The notes under the pieces are model-generated. The model saw only the letters and a program-made list of their open reading frames with translations, made no database searches and was not told where the DNA came from. Source: Leptonemataceae bacterium (lineage in GTDB: Bacteria > Spirochaetota > Leptospiria > Leptospirales > Leptonemataceae). Taken from it: DNA of 64,000 nucleotides. The DNA lies in NCBI GenBank assembly GCA_965227295.1, contig OZ245742.1:5312001-5376000 (forward strand). Reading direction: 5' to 3'. A program made the translations under genes and the position numbers. Positions 10,778-22,342 of this stretch are shown one piece after another; within the stretch, counting starts at the first letter, position 1, and each line of letters opens with the position of its first letter.

Positions 10778-12874
10778 TTATATCTTGTACTCGATCTTCA
10801 TGAGCGAAAGATCGTCCGTAATTCGCCCGATCGTTTGCAGGCGACGGATGATTGCCTCAATGTCACCGTGGCATTCGGCAACGACCTCGAGGAAACGCTG
10901 TTCGTCGCTGTCGATCATGCGGCCGTGTTCGTCGCCGGCCCCGAGGGCCAGGTCGTCCCGGCCGTCGGAGCCGGCGACCAGGATGTCTCCCGGTTCGAGC
11001 TGCACCGGCTCAATGTGCAAATCCTCGAACGAAACACCGGGCAGGTCCAGGGCGTCGGGCGCCCCGATCTTACGCAGACTGAGCGGCAACTCCAGGAAAC
11101 TCGCGTTGCCGTCGCGCAAGAGGACGGTGTTCGGATGTTCGGCGTTGATCGCGTAGACTTCCGCCGTAGAAATTCGAATCAACATCAGCACGAACGAGGC
11201 GAGCATACCGCCCTCGAACGGCAGGAACGTGCGGTGCAACTCCGCGTAGGCATCACGCAGCCATTCCACCGGTGAACCCGCGGCGTCTCCGGCCCGTGTG
11301 CGATTGACGATGGCCTGGTAGGCGACGCCCAGAACGATGGCACCGCCGGCCCCCTGCATGGACTTGCCCATGGCGTCCGCATTCAACAACGCGAGATATT
11401 CCTGACCGCTCCCGTCTCCCAGGCGCAACACATCCGCCATGCACAGGTCCCCGCCGATTTCCTGGTCCTTCCAGTCCTTAAATTCAAAGCGCTTCTTTTG
11501 TTCGACCCGGTGCGCCACGGTGATCCGCCCGACCTTGAGTTCGATCGTGGATCGCGGCCGGGCCAGGGGACGCATGAGCCGACCGATCAAAAAATAATCG
11601 CCGTCCTGCTGCTCCTTCAAGCGACGCACTTCTGCCAGACTCTCGCGCAATTCCCGGGTGCGACGCTCTACTTCGCCTTCGAGATTCTGGGCGTGGTCTT
11701 CGAGACGCGCCCGGGCGTCTTCCAGTTCCCGCGAGTACTCACGCAAACGTTGTTGCACTTGATCGTAGCGACGGGAAACGACCATCGCCATGCACAACAG
11801 CAAGCCGACGAAACCGTACGTGAGCATTTGTTTCGGCCAGGCGTAAAAACCGAGCACGCCCAACAGATCGTAGATCGCCACTGCGGTAAAGATGCCGATG
11901 CCGCCGGCGATCCAGCGCGCCTCGCGGTTGCCCTGGAGCGCCGCGCGCACGATCACCGCGAAGAGGGCGAGGGCCGAAAAGAGCAACGTATAAAAGAACA
12001 GGGTCAGCGACGCATAAAATCGCACGAGCCCGCTGACTTCGAGAAGCCAGAAGACCAGGGCCGTCACCACGGCAAAGCCCACGAAAAAACGAACAAAGCG
12101 CGAGGGAACGACCTGGTAAAAATACCAGGCGATCGTCGCGGGAAGAAAGTAGAGCGACGTGTACTCCAGAAAAAGCCAGGCACCCGGCGCAAACGCAACG
12201 ACGTATTGCAGACGCAACGTACGATTCGAAATGAGATACAAGCCGGCCGCAAGACACAGGAACACAAACGCCAGATGAATGCGCTCCAATGAGCGACGAC
12301 GCACGTAGAGAAATAATACGAACAGCGCCGTCACGAGTATCAACACGCCCGCCACGAATCGATCGACGTCCTGTTGTACAATCTCATGCAACAGCTCGTC
12401 GCGACAGCCCAGGCGCGGCGTGCCGGCGATGCCCGCGGTCGGCGCGCCCGAGTAAATGTGAAAGATCAATCGACCCGCACTCTTCGGCAGGGAAATGAGA
12501 TGAAAGGGCCAGCCCGCGTAACCGGCGGCCCCGCGCTCCACGTCGCCGAAACGATAGACGACTTCACGGGAATCCTCGCGCTCGTGGTAGACGGTGAAGC
12601 TCTGATTTACGAAAGAAAGATACAGCGCGGGATCGCGACAGGACGTAACCGGCACCGGCACGCGCAGAAACAACTCACGGCCTTCCGGGATCGGCAACGG
12701 TCGCAGCCGATCTTCGCCGAAAGCCTCACTGAACGTACGCCACTCCGCATCCGGGGCGTGGCGAAAGGACCAGCCGTGATCGAAAGGCTTCGGCTCGAAG
12801 GCCACGTCACCGTACACCGGCGCGACGGAGATAAGTAACATGCTGAAGATGATGAAACGATCTCGAACGATCAT
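10778..12874 (-). CDS. Membrane sensor PP2C/SpoIIE phosphatase (extracellular domain + 7TM + coiled coil + SpoIIE)
   Basis: Signal peptide, ~7 TM helices, coiled coil, QQDGDYFL, IGGDLC, NADAMGKS, NAEHP, GSDG, TDDLSL. Confidence 0.88.
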   Translation of the reverse strand: MIVRDRFIIFSMLLISVAPVYGDVAFEPKPFDHGWSFRHAPDAEWRTFSEAFGEDRLRPLPIPEGRELFLRVPVPVTSCRDPALYLSFVNQSFTVYHEREDSREVVYRFGDVERGAAGYAGWPFHLISLPKSAGRLIFHIYSGAPTAGIAGTPRLGCRDELLHEIVQQDVDRFVAGVLILVTALFVLFLYVRRRSLERIHLAFVFLCLAAGLYLISNRTLRLQYVVAFAPGAWLFLEYTSLYFLPATIAWYFYQVVPSRFVRFFVGFAVVTALVFWLLEVSGLVRFYASLTLFFYTLLFSALALFAVIVRAALQGNREARWIAGGIGIFTAVAIYDLLGVLGFYAWPKQMLTYGFVGLLLCMAMVVSRRYDQVQQRLREYSRELEDARARLEDHAQNLEGEVERRTRELRESLAEVRRLKEQQDGDYFLIGRLMRPLARPRSTIELKVGRITVAHRVEQKKRFEFKDWKDQEIGGDLCMADVLRLGDGSGQEYLALLNADAMGKSMQGAGGAIVLGVAYQAIVNRTRAGDAAGSPVEWLRDAYAELHRTFLPFEGGMLASFVLMLIRISTAEVYAINAEHPNTVLLRDGNASFLELPLSLRKIGAPDALDLPGVSFEDLHIEPVQLEPGDILVAGSDGRDDLALGAGDEHGRMIDSDEQRFLEVVAECHGDIEAIIRRLQTIGRITDDLSLMKIEYKI

Positions 12875-12991
12875 GGAGCAGAACGAAGCAGGCGGCGACG
12901 TGCATCATACCGCAAGAAAAATCTTTTTCGCCGTCGGGGTGAAAATGTAAATAACGTTGAACATCGCCGAAACGGCCGCGTCGAAGCAAAC

Positions 12992-13873
12992 ATGAACCGA
13001 ACGATCCTGCGCTTCGCAACCGCGACCGTTTTTTCGCTTACCGCGGTCGCCTGTTTTCCCGGCAGCGAAAAGCAAGCCCCCCTCAACGAAAGCCTGCGCC
13101 CCTGGAAGAACGATGCGGAGCGCGTGGAGCTCATGTTCGCCGTGGCGGCCTTCGCGGCCAGCGGCAGCCAGCCGCACGGCAGCCAGGCGCACGGCGACGA
13201 AGCCGGGGGCGCGACAAAAAGCAGCGATCCCACCCCGAACGCCTGCATCCAGCGTACGCTGGAAGAACTTCACAAACCGCAAGACGACGTCGGCGAGGCC
13301 GTAAAACAACTCGAGGAACCACGCAATACTCCCGCCGATGAAAAACGCGACGATCCGGCGCCTGTCAAACTCCGGCAGGACAGCTCCCCGGCTGTCGCTC
13401 GCGAACCCGATCCCCTCCACGACTGTCGCGATGCGTTGCGCTCGTGCGGCAACTGCCACATGCCGAAGCAAAACAACTGCAACTATACCGTGGAGTACAG
13501 CATCGACGGCAAGACCGTGAGGCGCGCTTCGGGACAATTCGACGTTGCACAAAACGGCACATTGACCGAACGCCCCGGCTTCTTCAAAGAAGAGGTATCC
13601 TCTAACGACGGCCCCATCGCTTCGAAAGACGTCGTGCGCACCGTGTGGCTGAACGGCGCGGATCCGGTCATTACCTGGTGGGACTTCAAACAACTGAACG
13701 GCCGCGGCTCCACGGCGAAACGCATGATGGCCATCGCCGCGCAGCACAACGTCGCGTGCTCTAACTGCCACGTAGGTCACGGAGACTTTCAGTTAACGCA
13801 AGAAGGCGAAACGTTCTTCGAAAGCGGCAAGGTCATCCACCGCGTGCCGCTGAAAGAAATGCTCGGCAAATGA
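12992..13873 (+). CDS. Putative diheme c-type cytochrome lipoprotein
   Basis: Lipobox-like LTAVAC; two CxxCH motifs (CGNCH ~13445, CSNCH ~13757). Confidence 0.6.
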   Translation: MNRTILRFATATVFSLTAVACFPGSEKQAPLNESLRPWKNDAERVELMFAVAAFAASGSQPHGSQAHGDEAGGATKSSDPTPNACIQRTLEELHKPQDDVGEAVKQLEEPRNTPADEKRDDPAPVKLRQDSSPAVAREPDPLHDCRDALRSCGNCHMPKQNNCNYTVEYSIDGKTVRRASGQFDVAQNGTLTERPGFFKEEVSSNDGPIASKDVVRTVWLNGADPVITWWDFKQLNGRGSTAKRMMAIAAQHNVACSNCHVGHGDFQLTQEGETFFESGKVIHRVPLKEMLGK

Positions 13874-13876
13874 ACA

Positions 13877-14818
13877 TCAACAATCGGCGAGGCCGCAGTC
13901 CTCGTCCGGACGTTCCACTTCGATGGTGGCGTGGTCGATGGAGTTTTCCCGGGCAATGGCGCGGACGGTGTTCTTGATCTCGCAGATCTCTTCGAAGACC
14001 GCGCCCTCGGAGACGACGACGTGCGTGGTCAACACGTTATACGAACCGTCGAGGGACCAGACGTGGGTATCGTGCAACGAAGCGACGCCTGCCGCCCCCG
14101 CGATGCGCCGTTCGATCTCCGGCACGGACACGGACTTCGGCACGCTCTGCAAGAAGACCTTCGTCGTTTCGTAGAGCATGCGCACGACGTTGTAGAGGAT
14201 GAACAAATTGATGCCGATGGATAACAGCGGATCAAGCACCGGCAGATCAAAAAAGAGCATGACCGTGGCCGTAATCAACACCGCGATCCAGCCGAGCACG
14301 TCTTCCAGGAGATGCCAGCGGACCATGCGCTCGTTCAGCGAACCCGCACCGTGCAGACGCAGCACTGCGAGGCCGTTGAACAAAATACCGGCCAGGGCGA
14401 AACCGATCATACCCGGCACGTGGACCGCCTCGGGTTCGAAGAGTCGCGGAATCGCTTCGAAGAAAATGACCACCGCCCCGGCCACCAGGAAGAGCCCGTT
14501 GAACACGACGCCCAGCAACGAGAAGCGCCGGTAGCCGTAAGAGAACGTCTCGTCGCGTCCGCGCCGCGACACGCGCTGCATGATGATAGCGAGAAGTAAC
14601 GCCATGCTGTCGCCGAAGTCATGGAGGGCGTCCGCCAGGATGGCGACGCTGTTCGTCCAGAAGCCGCCGATGACCTCGGCAATGGTGAACACGAGGTTCA
14701 GCACAAAGGCCACGGTCAGATTGCTGACGGAACCGTCGTCGCCGGACTGGCCGTTGTGGCGATGTCCGTGGGCGTGATGATGACCGTGGTCGTGCGCATG
14801 TGCGTGAGTGCCGCCCAT
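13877..14818 (-). CDS. Cation diffusion facilitator (CzcD/ZitB-like Zn/Co/Cd exporter)
   Basis: His-rich N-terminus, LADALHDFGD, FSYGYRR, HLLED, HDTHVWSL, HATIE. Confidence 0.93.
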   Translation of the reverse strand: MGGTHAHAHDHGHHHAHGHRHNGQSGDDGSVSNLTVAFVLNLVFTIAEVIGGFWTNSVAILADALHDFGDSMALLLAIIMQRVSRRGRDETFSYGYRRFSLLGVVFNGLFLVAGAVVIFFEAIPRLFEPEAVHVPGMIGFALAGILFNGLAVLRLHGAGSLNERMVRWHLLEDVLGWIAVLITATVMLFFDLPVLDPLLSIGINLFILYNVVRMLYETTKVFLQSVPKSVSVPEIERRIAGAAGVASLHDTHVWSLDGSYNVLTTHVVVSEGAVFEEICEIKNTVRAIARENSIDHATIEVERPDEDCGLADC

Positions 14819-14917
14819 ATACGGTCAGTATCGCAATCCGACTGAATTGCTCAAGCAAGAACCACGGCGCCGGCACCGATGTGATTGACAGATCCGTCCC
14901 GACTTGCAGCATTCCGC

Positions 14918-16504
14918 ATGCTCAAGAATTGCTGTTCTTTCTATTATAATCGATCGAAGCAGCGCCGGTTTCGGCCCGTCGGGTTCCTCATGCTGAGCCT
15001 GGCCGTCCTTCTTGCGTCGGCGGTGTCACTGTCCGCCCAGGACGATCTGGAAGTGGAAGGCGACGCAGCATCAGCAGAACCCGCCGTCGGTTCCGGCACG
15101 TTGTCCTACAGCGAGTTCCGGATCTTCTGGGAAAACGACGCCATCTACGGCGAGACGGATTTTTATTACACCAACGGTCTGCGTGCGGAACTCGCCACCG
15201 TCGAAGACGAACGGCTCATGCGGGAGGACTTCCTGTACGACCTCGCCATGCCCGCGTCGCTCCAGAGCTCCGGTACCCTGGCGGAGTCCGGCTGGGCCCT
15301 GGGCCAGGACATCTACACTCCGACGGACCTCACCGTCTCGGACATCAGCTATGGTGATCGTCCCTACGCCGGTTATCTTTACCTGGGCCGCTTCTATTCC
15401 GTGGCGAGCGATGACACCTACCACCGCTTCGAACTGGACCTGGGCGTCATCGGACCGGCCTCCGGAGCCGCCGAGGCACAAACATTCATTCATGAGCGGT
15501 TAACGAGTTCCGAGTATCCCCAGGGCTGGGGCTGGCAGATCCCGAACTATCCCACGGTGCAGTTCGAGTACGACTACAGCAATCGCCTCTTTCACACGCC
15601 CGTGGCGGACCTGGCGGGCAACTTCGGCCTGCGCGCGGGCAACGCGTTCACGGACGCGAGCTTCGGTGTCACCCTGCGCCTCGGTTATATCGGCGATGCG
15701 AACAAAGGCTACCTGCCCCTGGAAAGTACTCCCGGCCACATCGACGCGACGCAGGGCGGCGGCTTTGCCATGTATCTCTTCGCACGTCCCGAGGCCACGG
15801 TGGTCGGCTACAACGGCACGCTCCAGGGTCGGCCGGGCAGTGATCGCTACGTGGAGCGCGGCACGGACCCGCTCACGGATTACACGGCATACAGTGTCTT
15901 ACAGAACAGCATCAACCCCGCGGCGGAGGACCTCACGTATCTCGGTTACTTCAGCCTCATCGAGGACCGGGACACGCTCACACCGCTCGGCCGTTTCTTG
16001 ATCTTCAACGACACCGTGGGATCGAACGTGAGAAATCCCGGCATGCAGTTCCTGGTATACAACACGCTCTTCGACGGCGGACGGACCATCGATCCGAACG
16101 TCCGCGACCTGGTGGCCTCCAGTCTTTTGACCGGCGCCGAGAACTACGATCCGGTGAGCCTGTGGTTTATTTCGAAGACCCTCGGCCGCAAAAACGGCGA
16201 GCCCCTGGATCCGGTGGCAAAGTTCATCGCGTATCGCATCATGAACAACAACAGCGCCATGACCCTCGACGATCTGGTCAGCTACACCATCTATTCGACA
16301 CTCTTTCAGAAGTCCCGCCCCGGCCAGACCTACACCGTGGAACCGCGACGCTTTTACGGAACGTTGCGCGTGGGCGCGGTCTTCCAGTACGGCGACTTTT
16401 CTCTGCTCACCGCCGTGGCCGTACGCAGCGCCGAATTCTTCCAGGGCGGCTTCCTCCCGGAAGAACAACGCTGGTTCACGTTGCAGTTGTCGACGCGGTT
16501 TTAA
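14918..16504 (+). CDS. LpxR/DUF2219-like outer-membrane lipid A deacylase family protein with a large insert
   Basis: WENDA..YTNG, GQDIYTP, DRPYAGYL, LGVIGPAS, GW.WQI, C-terminal LQLSTRF; start uncertain (14885/14918/14990). Confidence 0.8.
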   Translation: MLKNCCSFYYNRSKQRRFRPVGFLMLSLAVLLASAVSLSAQDDLEVEGDAASAEPAVGSGTLSYSEFRIFWENDAIYGETDFYYTNGLRAELATVEDERLMREDFLYDLAMPASLQSSGTLAESGWALGQDIYTPTDLTVSDISYGDRPYAGYLYLGRFYSVASDDTYHRFELDLGVIGPASGAAEAQTFIHERLTSSEYPQGWGWQIPNYPTVQFEYDYSNRLFHTPVADLAGNFGLRAGNAFTDASFGVTLRLGYIGDANKGYLPLESTPGHIDATQGGGFAMYLFARPEATVVGYNGTLQGRPGSDRYVERGTDPLTDYTAYSVLQNSINPAAEDLTYLGYFSLIEDRDTLTPLGRFLIFNDTVGSNVRNPGMQFLVYNTLFDGGRTIDPNVRDLVASSLLTGAENYDPVSLWFISKTLGRKNGEPLDPVAKFIAYRIMNNNSAMTLDDLVSYTIYSTLFQKSRPGQTYTVEPRRFYGTLRVGAVFQYGDFSLLTAVAVRSAEFFQGGFLPEEQRWFTLQLSTRF

Positions 16505-16551
16505 TCAATTCGCGCGCCCCGGGCCTAAGTGCGATTGGAGTGAAGTTAAGA

Positions 16552-16654
16552 TTTTTTTGGCGCGTCTGCCGGCAAGCTCCCGCCTGTCGGTAGCGCGGCA
16601 GTCGGTTCCCTTTCGGCGACCGCGCTTTCCAGGGCTCCGCCTTACGGCTACGGT
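16552..16654 (+). repeat. Divergent/expanded copy of the structured intergenic repeat (5' part)
   Basis: TTTTTTTGGCGCG...GACCGCGCT-TTCCAGGGCTC-CGCCTTACGGCTA-CGGT matches the family core. Confidence 0.65.
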
Positions 16655-16839
16655 TCGCGGTATCGAATCTTTTCGTTACGGCGTATGCCATCAGCGACAA
16701 CGGCAGCGATCTTTTCAGCGAACGAAGAGTCGTACTCGGAGCCTGCACACCGAGGGGATGGCGCGCAGCGCCAGGGGCTGACTATAAAGTCCACGGGAAA
16801 TACAACGTGCCATATTTTAACAGTTTTGCGGCGAAGCCG

Positions 16840-16965
16840 CTCTTCGCGCCAGGGATCGGAAGGGTTGCGCCGTCAGGCGCAAGTCCGGAGCGAAGCGGAG
16901 GACCGCAGGCGAAGCCGGAGCCCTGGAGAGCCCGGTCGCCGCGCAAGCGGCGAGGCGCCCAGAAG
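16840..16965 (-). repeat. Structured intergenic repeat, full copy
   Basis: Reverse complement reads TGGGCG-hairpin-ACCGGGCT-CTCCAGGGCTC-..-CGGTC..GAC-hairpin-CCCTTCCG-ATCCCTGGCGCGAAGAG. Confidence 0.9.
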
Positions 16966-17035
16966 AGTATTTCAATTTTCCCATGTTTTTCAGTGAGAAA
17001 TCAATGTGCTAACTTAAAGTAAAACAATATTTGTA

Positions 17036-17249
17036 TGGGCGTTCCCCTCCGCGCTTCGCGCTCGGTGGGGAAGAGAAGGAATTCCGCCCCGACAAGCGGG
17101 GCGGAATTGGGCGCGCTTTTTTGGCCATGGATGGCCTTATGCCGCGAAGGACAGGATGTCCGAGAGCGGCCCGGGGCTCCGCGAACTCCGGGCTTCACCC
17201 TACGGACGCGCGGCTACGCCGCGCCCCCTCCCATCGCTCGCGCGAAGAG
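17036..17249 (+). repeat. Long variant of the structured repeat with extra palindromes
   Basis: Starts TGGGCGTTCCC (as at 49007), ends CATCGCTCGCGCGAAGAG; internal palindromes AATTCCGCCCCG/CGGGGCGGAATT, GGCCAT/ATGGCC, GGACA/TGTCC. Confidence 0.6.
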
Positions 17250-17288
17250 AGCTCTCCCGAACCACGAATACCCTGCCGATACATAAAC

Positions 17289-18389
17289 ATGGCCTCGTAC
17301 CTTCGCATGACGCTGCTCGGTCTGGGCACGGTGTTGTTGCTGTCGACGACCGCCGCGGCGCGGTCGTGGCACGGAGATCGCACGCAAAGCCCGCCGGAAG
17401 ATTTCCGCCTGGTCATCCTGGCCGCGGCCGATCGTGCCGGTCGCTTCGACGTGGACGACGAAGGCCGGGGCGGGCTCGCCGCGTTACACGCCTACGCCTC
17501 GGCCATGCGTAGCCGGCTGACGAACGGCCGGATCGGCGGCCTGGTGCTGATCCACGCCGGCAATCTCAGCGGGGCCCGGAACCCCACGGACCTCCGCAAG
17601 GCACTGCTGTATCCGGAACTGAATCTGTCGCGCTACCTGGAACTGGACGCGGTGGGACTCAGCGCCGCGGAGATCCAGGCCTTCCACGCGCTGAGCGAGG
17701 ACCCCGGCATCCGGGGCGTGCCGGCCCTGAGTTTCAACTATCGCCCCGAGACGGCGAATCGCGAATCGTCGGCGCCGCTCCAGTACCGCATCGTCCGACG
17801 GAGTTCCTACACCACGCTCATCACCGCGCTGACGCCAGGGCCGGAGCCGGCCTTCGCCGCGAAACCCATCGACGGCCTGCACCTCGAACTCTCCCGCCAC
17901 TCCGGCGCCGATCTCAGCATTCTCATGGCCCGGGACGATACGCCGCTGCTCAAGGACGACGCGTTCTGGGAGACCTTTTTCCCGACCACCCCGGACAGCC
18001 TGAATCCCTATCGCATCCCCGAGGACAATCGCTTCGCCACGCACTGGCTCATGATTACCCACGGCGCCCCGCGCAACTCCTTCGAACGTCTGACGGAAGG
18101 CCCCTACATCTGTCGCCTGGCGGATGATGCGGTCTGCGAGATTACCGTGGAATTCCGCCGGCGTAAGATTCGGGGCGTGCACGCACGCTTCGTCCGTCTC
18201 AACGATCCGCAAGACCCGGATACCTGGTTCGCCCCGGATCCCCTGCTCCGCCGCGTACTGAAAGGCCACCAGCCGCCGACGTACCCGGAAGAATCCGAAG
18301 AGAAACCGGAGCAACAGGACGAACCGCGCGACAGCCACGAGCGCCGGGACGATCCGCCGGTGCAGGGCGGGGAAACCCACACCATCTGA
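17289..18389 (+). CDS. Secreted protein with degenerate 5'-nucleotidase/calcineurin-like N-terminal fold
   Basis: Signal peptide; ILAAADRAGRF..GGLAAL..LIHAGN..LDAVGLSAAEI align with ILHTNDxHG..GG.A..LLDAGD..YDA..GNHEF but lack most metal ligands. Confidence 0.6.
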   Translation: MASYLRMTLLGLGTVLLLSTTAAARSWHGDRTQSPPEDFRLVILAAADRAGRFDVDDEGRGGLAALHAYASAMRSRLTNGRIGGLVLIHAGNLSGARNPTDLRKALLYPELNLSRYLELDAVGLSAAEIQAFHALSEDPGIRGVPALSFNYRPETANRESSAPLQYRIVRRSSYTTLITALTPGPEPAFAAKPIDGLHLELSRHSGADLSILMARDDTPLLKDDAFWETFFPTTPDSLNPYRIPEDNRFATHWLMITHGAPRNSFERLTEGPYICRLADDAVCEITVEFRRRKIRGVHARFVRLNDPQDPDTWFAPDPLLRRVLKGHQPPTYPEESEEKPEQQDEPRDSHERRDDPPVQGGETHTI

Positions 18390-18437
18390 AAAATCCTTGT
18401 CACAATTTTCGAAGGCTTCGAAAACTCGACACCCATC

Positions 18438-19616
18438 ATGCCCGCCCTGTTTCAGATCCTCTTCCTGCTCCTGTTTCCCCTGGCGGCGATCTTCCTCGCC
18501 GGCCGGGTGAAGGTGTTCTCCTGGATCGGCCCGGTCGTGTTGTGTTATGCGGGCGGCGTGCTGCTCGCGCTCACACCGGACGCCGTCTTCACCGCCGATG
18601 CGAAGCTCTCGGACACGATCGCGTCGGTCGTGGTGCCGCTGGGCATTCCGCTGCTGTTGTTCTCGACGGACTTCCCGGGTTGGTTCCGCTACGCCGGCGG
18701 GGCCGTGCTCTCGTTCGGCCTGGCCATCGTGAGCGTGCTCGTCTCTTCGACGGCGGCGTTCTATTTTCTCGGCGACACCGTCCCGGGCGCGGCGGACATC
18801 TCCGGTATGCTGGTCGGTGTCTACACCGGCGGCACGCCGAACATGGCGGCCATCGGCAAGGCCCTGGAGGTTCCGGAGAATACGTATCTGTTGATTCAGA
18901 CGGCGGACGTGCTCATCGGCGGCGTGTATCTGCTGTTTCTGCTGTCGATCGCCCACCGGGTGGCCCTGCTGTTCCTGCGGCCCTTCACTGCACCGGCAGA
19001 CGACGGCGACGCGGCCGACGTGCTGGACAGCGAAGACATGGCCGGCCTGGAATGGCGGGACATCCCGCCGATTCTTCTCGGCGCGGGGCTGTCCGTCCTG
19101 GTCGTGGTGCTGAGCGCCGCCGTGGCCGTGGGACTGGTGTTAGTGGCGGGTTATACCCTGGACGATCTGGGCGAGAGCATCCAGCCGCTCATTCCGCCGC
19201 TCTTTCTCGGGATTACGACGTTCGCCATTGCCGCGTCGTTCCTCCCCGCGGTGCGCTCGCTGCGTGGTTCGTACGAGAGCGGGGAGTATCTCATTCTTAT
19301 TTTCTGCGTGGCCATGGGCAGCATGGTGCAACCCGGCTCGCTCTTCGACACCGGTGGAGACATCATCGTCTACTGTCTCTTTGTCATGGGCGGCAGCATC
19401 GTATTGCACTATTTCTTGGGATGGTTGTTCCGCGTGGATGCGGATACGTTGATCATCACCTCTACCGCGGCGCTCTATGGTCCGCCGTTCATTCCGCCGG
19501 TATGCGAGGCCATTCGCAATCGCCGGGTGCTTGTGTCCGGTTTAACGACCGGTCTGGTCGGATACGCCGTCGGCAATTACCTCGGCTACACGATAGCGCA
19601 GTTCCTGGCGGCATAA
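18438..19616 (+). CDS. DUF819-family membrane protein
   Basis: ~11-12 TM segments; YTGGTPNM; S.A.LYGPPF; GYAVGNYLG. Confidence 0.8.
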   Translation: MPALFQILFLLLFPLAAIFLAGRVKVFSWIGPVVLCYAGGVLLALTPDAVFTADAKLSDTIASVVVPLGIPLLLFSTDFPGWFRYAGGAVLSFGLAIVSVLVSSTAAFYFLGDTVPGAADISGMLVGVYTGGTPNMAAIGKALEVPENTYLLIQTADVLIGGVYLLFLLSIAHRVALLFLRPFTAPADDGDAADVLDSEDMAGLEWRDIPPILLGAGLSVLVVVLSAAVAVGLVLVAGYTLDDLGESIQPLIPPLFLGITTFAIAASFLPAVRSLRGSYESGEYLILIFCVAMGSMVQPGSLFDTGGDIIVYCLFVMGGSIVLHYFLGWLFRVDADTLIITSTAALYGPPFIPPVCEAIRNRRVLVSGLTTGLVGYAVGNYLGYTIAQFLAA

Positions 19617-19747
19617 GACGTAATCCTGGCACGTTTCATATTACAGACCATGTTAGCGAATCGTGAATTCAGCCCGTTCCGCGTGTTTTTCAGTAGATCT
19701 CCTGCATGGGTTCAGTAATTTCTACGAAGAGTCAGCCAAAATAGCTT

Positions 19748-21928
<2,181 letters not shown>

Positions 21929-22021
21929 GGCGTTTGTATTCGGCGTCTCATGCTGCGCATGGACGCGGGCCGATTCGTGCTTCGTGACCGGCCTGAGACT
22001 GTAAGGTAGATGGACTTGTGA

Positions 22022-22142
22022 TTTTTTGGGCGCCTCGCCGCTGCGCGGCGACCGGGCTGCTACGGGCTCCGCTTCGCTGCGGTCTCGGCCTGCGGCCGAG
22101 ACTGGCGCTGCGCGCCACCCTGCGCATCCCTGGCGCGAAGAG
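22022..22142 (+). repeat. Structured intergenic repeat, full copy
   Basis: TTTTTTGGGCG-TCGCCGC/GCGGCGA-CCGGGCT..GGGCTC..GTCTCGGCC/GGCCGAGAC-TGGCGC/GCGCCA-CCCTGCGC-ATCCCTGGCGCGAAGAG. Confidence 0.9.
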
Positions 22143-22155
22143 TCCTGAATTTCAA

Positions 22156-22284
22156 CTCTTCGCGCCAGGGATTGGAAGGGTCGGCGGCGCAGCCGCGAGT
22201 CCGGAGCGCAGCGGAGGACCGAAGCGCGTAGCGCGGAGCCCTGGAAAGCCCGGTCGCCGCCGAAGGCGGCGAGGCGCCCAAAAA
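22156..22284 (-). repeat. Structured intergenic repeat, full copy, inverted partner of 22022-22142
   Basis: Same conserved blocks on the minus strand; 13-bp spacer between the two 3' ends. Confidence 0.9.
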
Positions 22285-22342
22285 CTTCCTAAATTCTATC
22301 CACTTACACTTAGATTCGGGCCGGTGACGAAATACGAATCAT

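Noticed and set aside
17031..17288. Upstream extension of the 17289 CDS and small ORFs over repeats (22018..22419, 59296..59523, 63725..63910, 48934..49155)
   Set aside because: They translate the palindromic repeat; the signal peptide starts at 17289.
17484..18956. 490-aa minus-strand ORF (likewise 50497..51918, 53682..55124, 59390..60616, 42552..43577)
   Set aside because: Antisense to well-supported genes; no recognisable domains.
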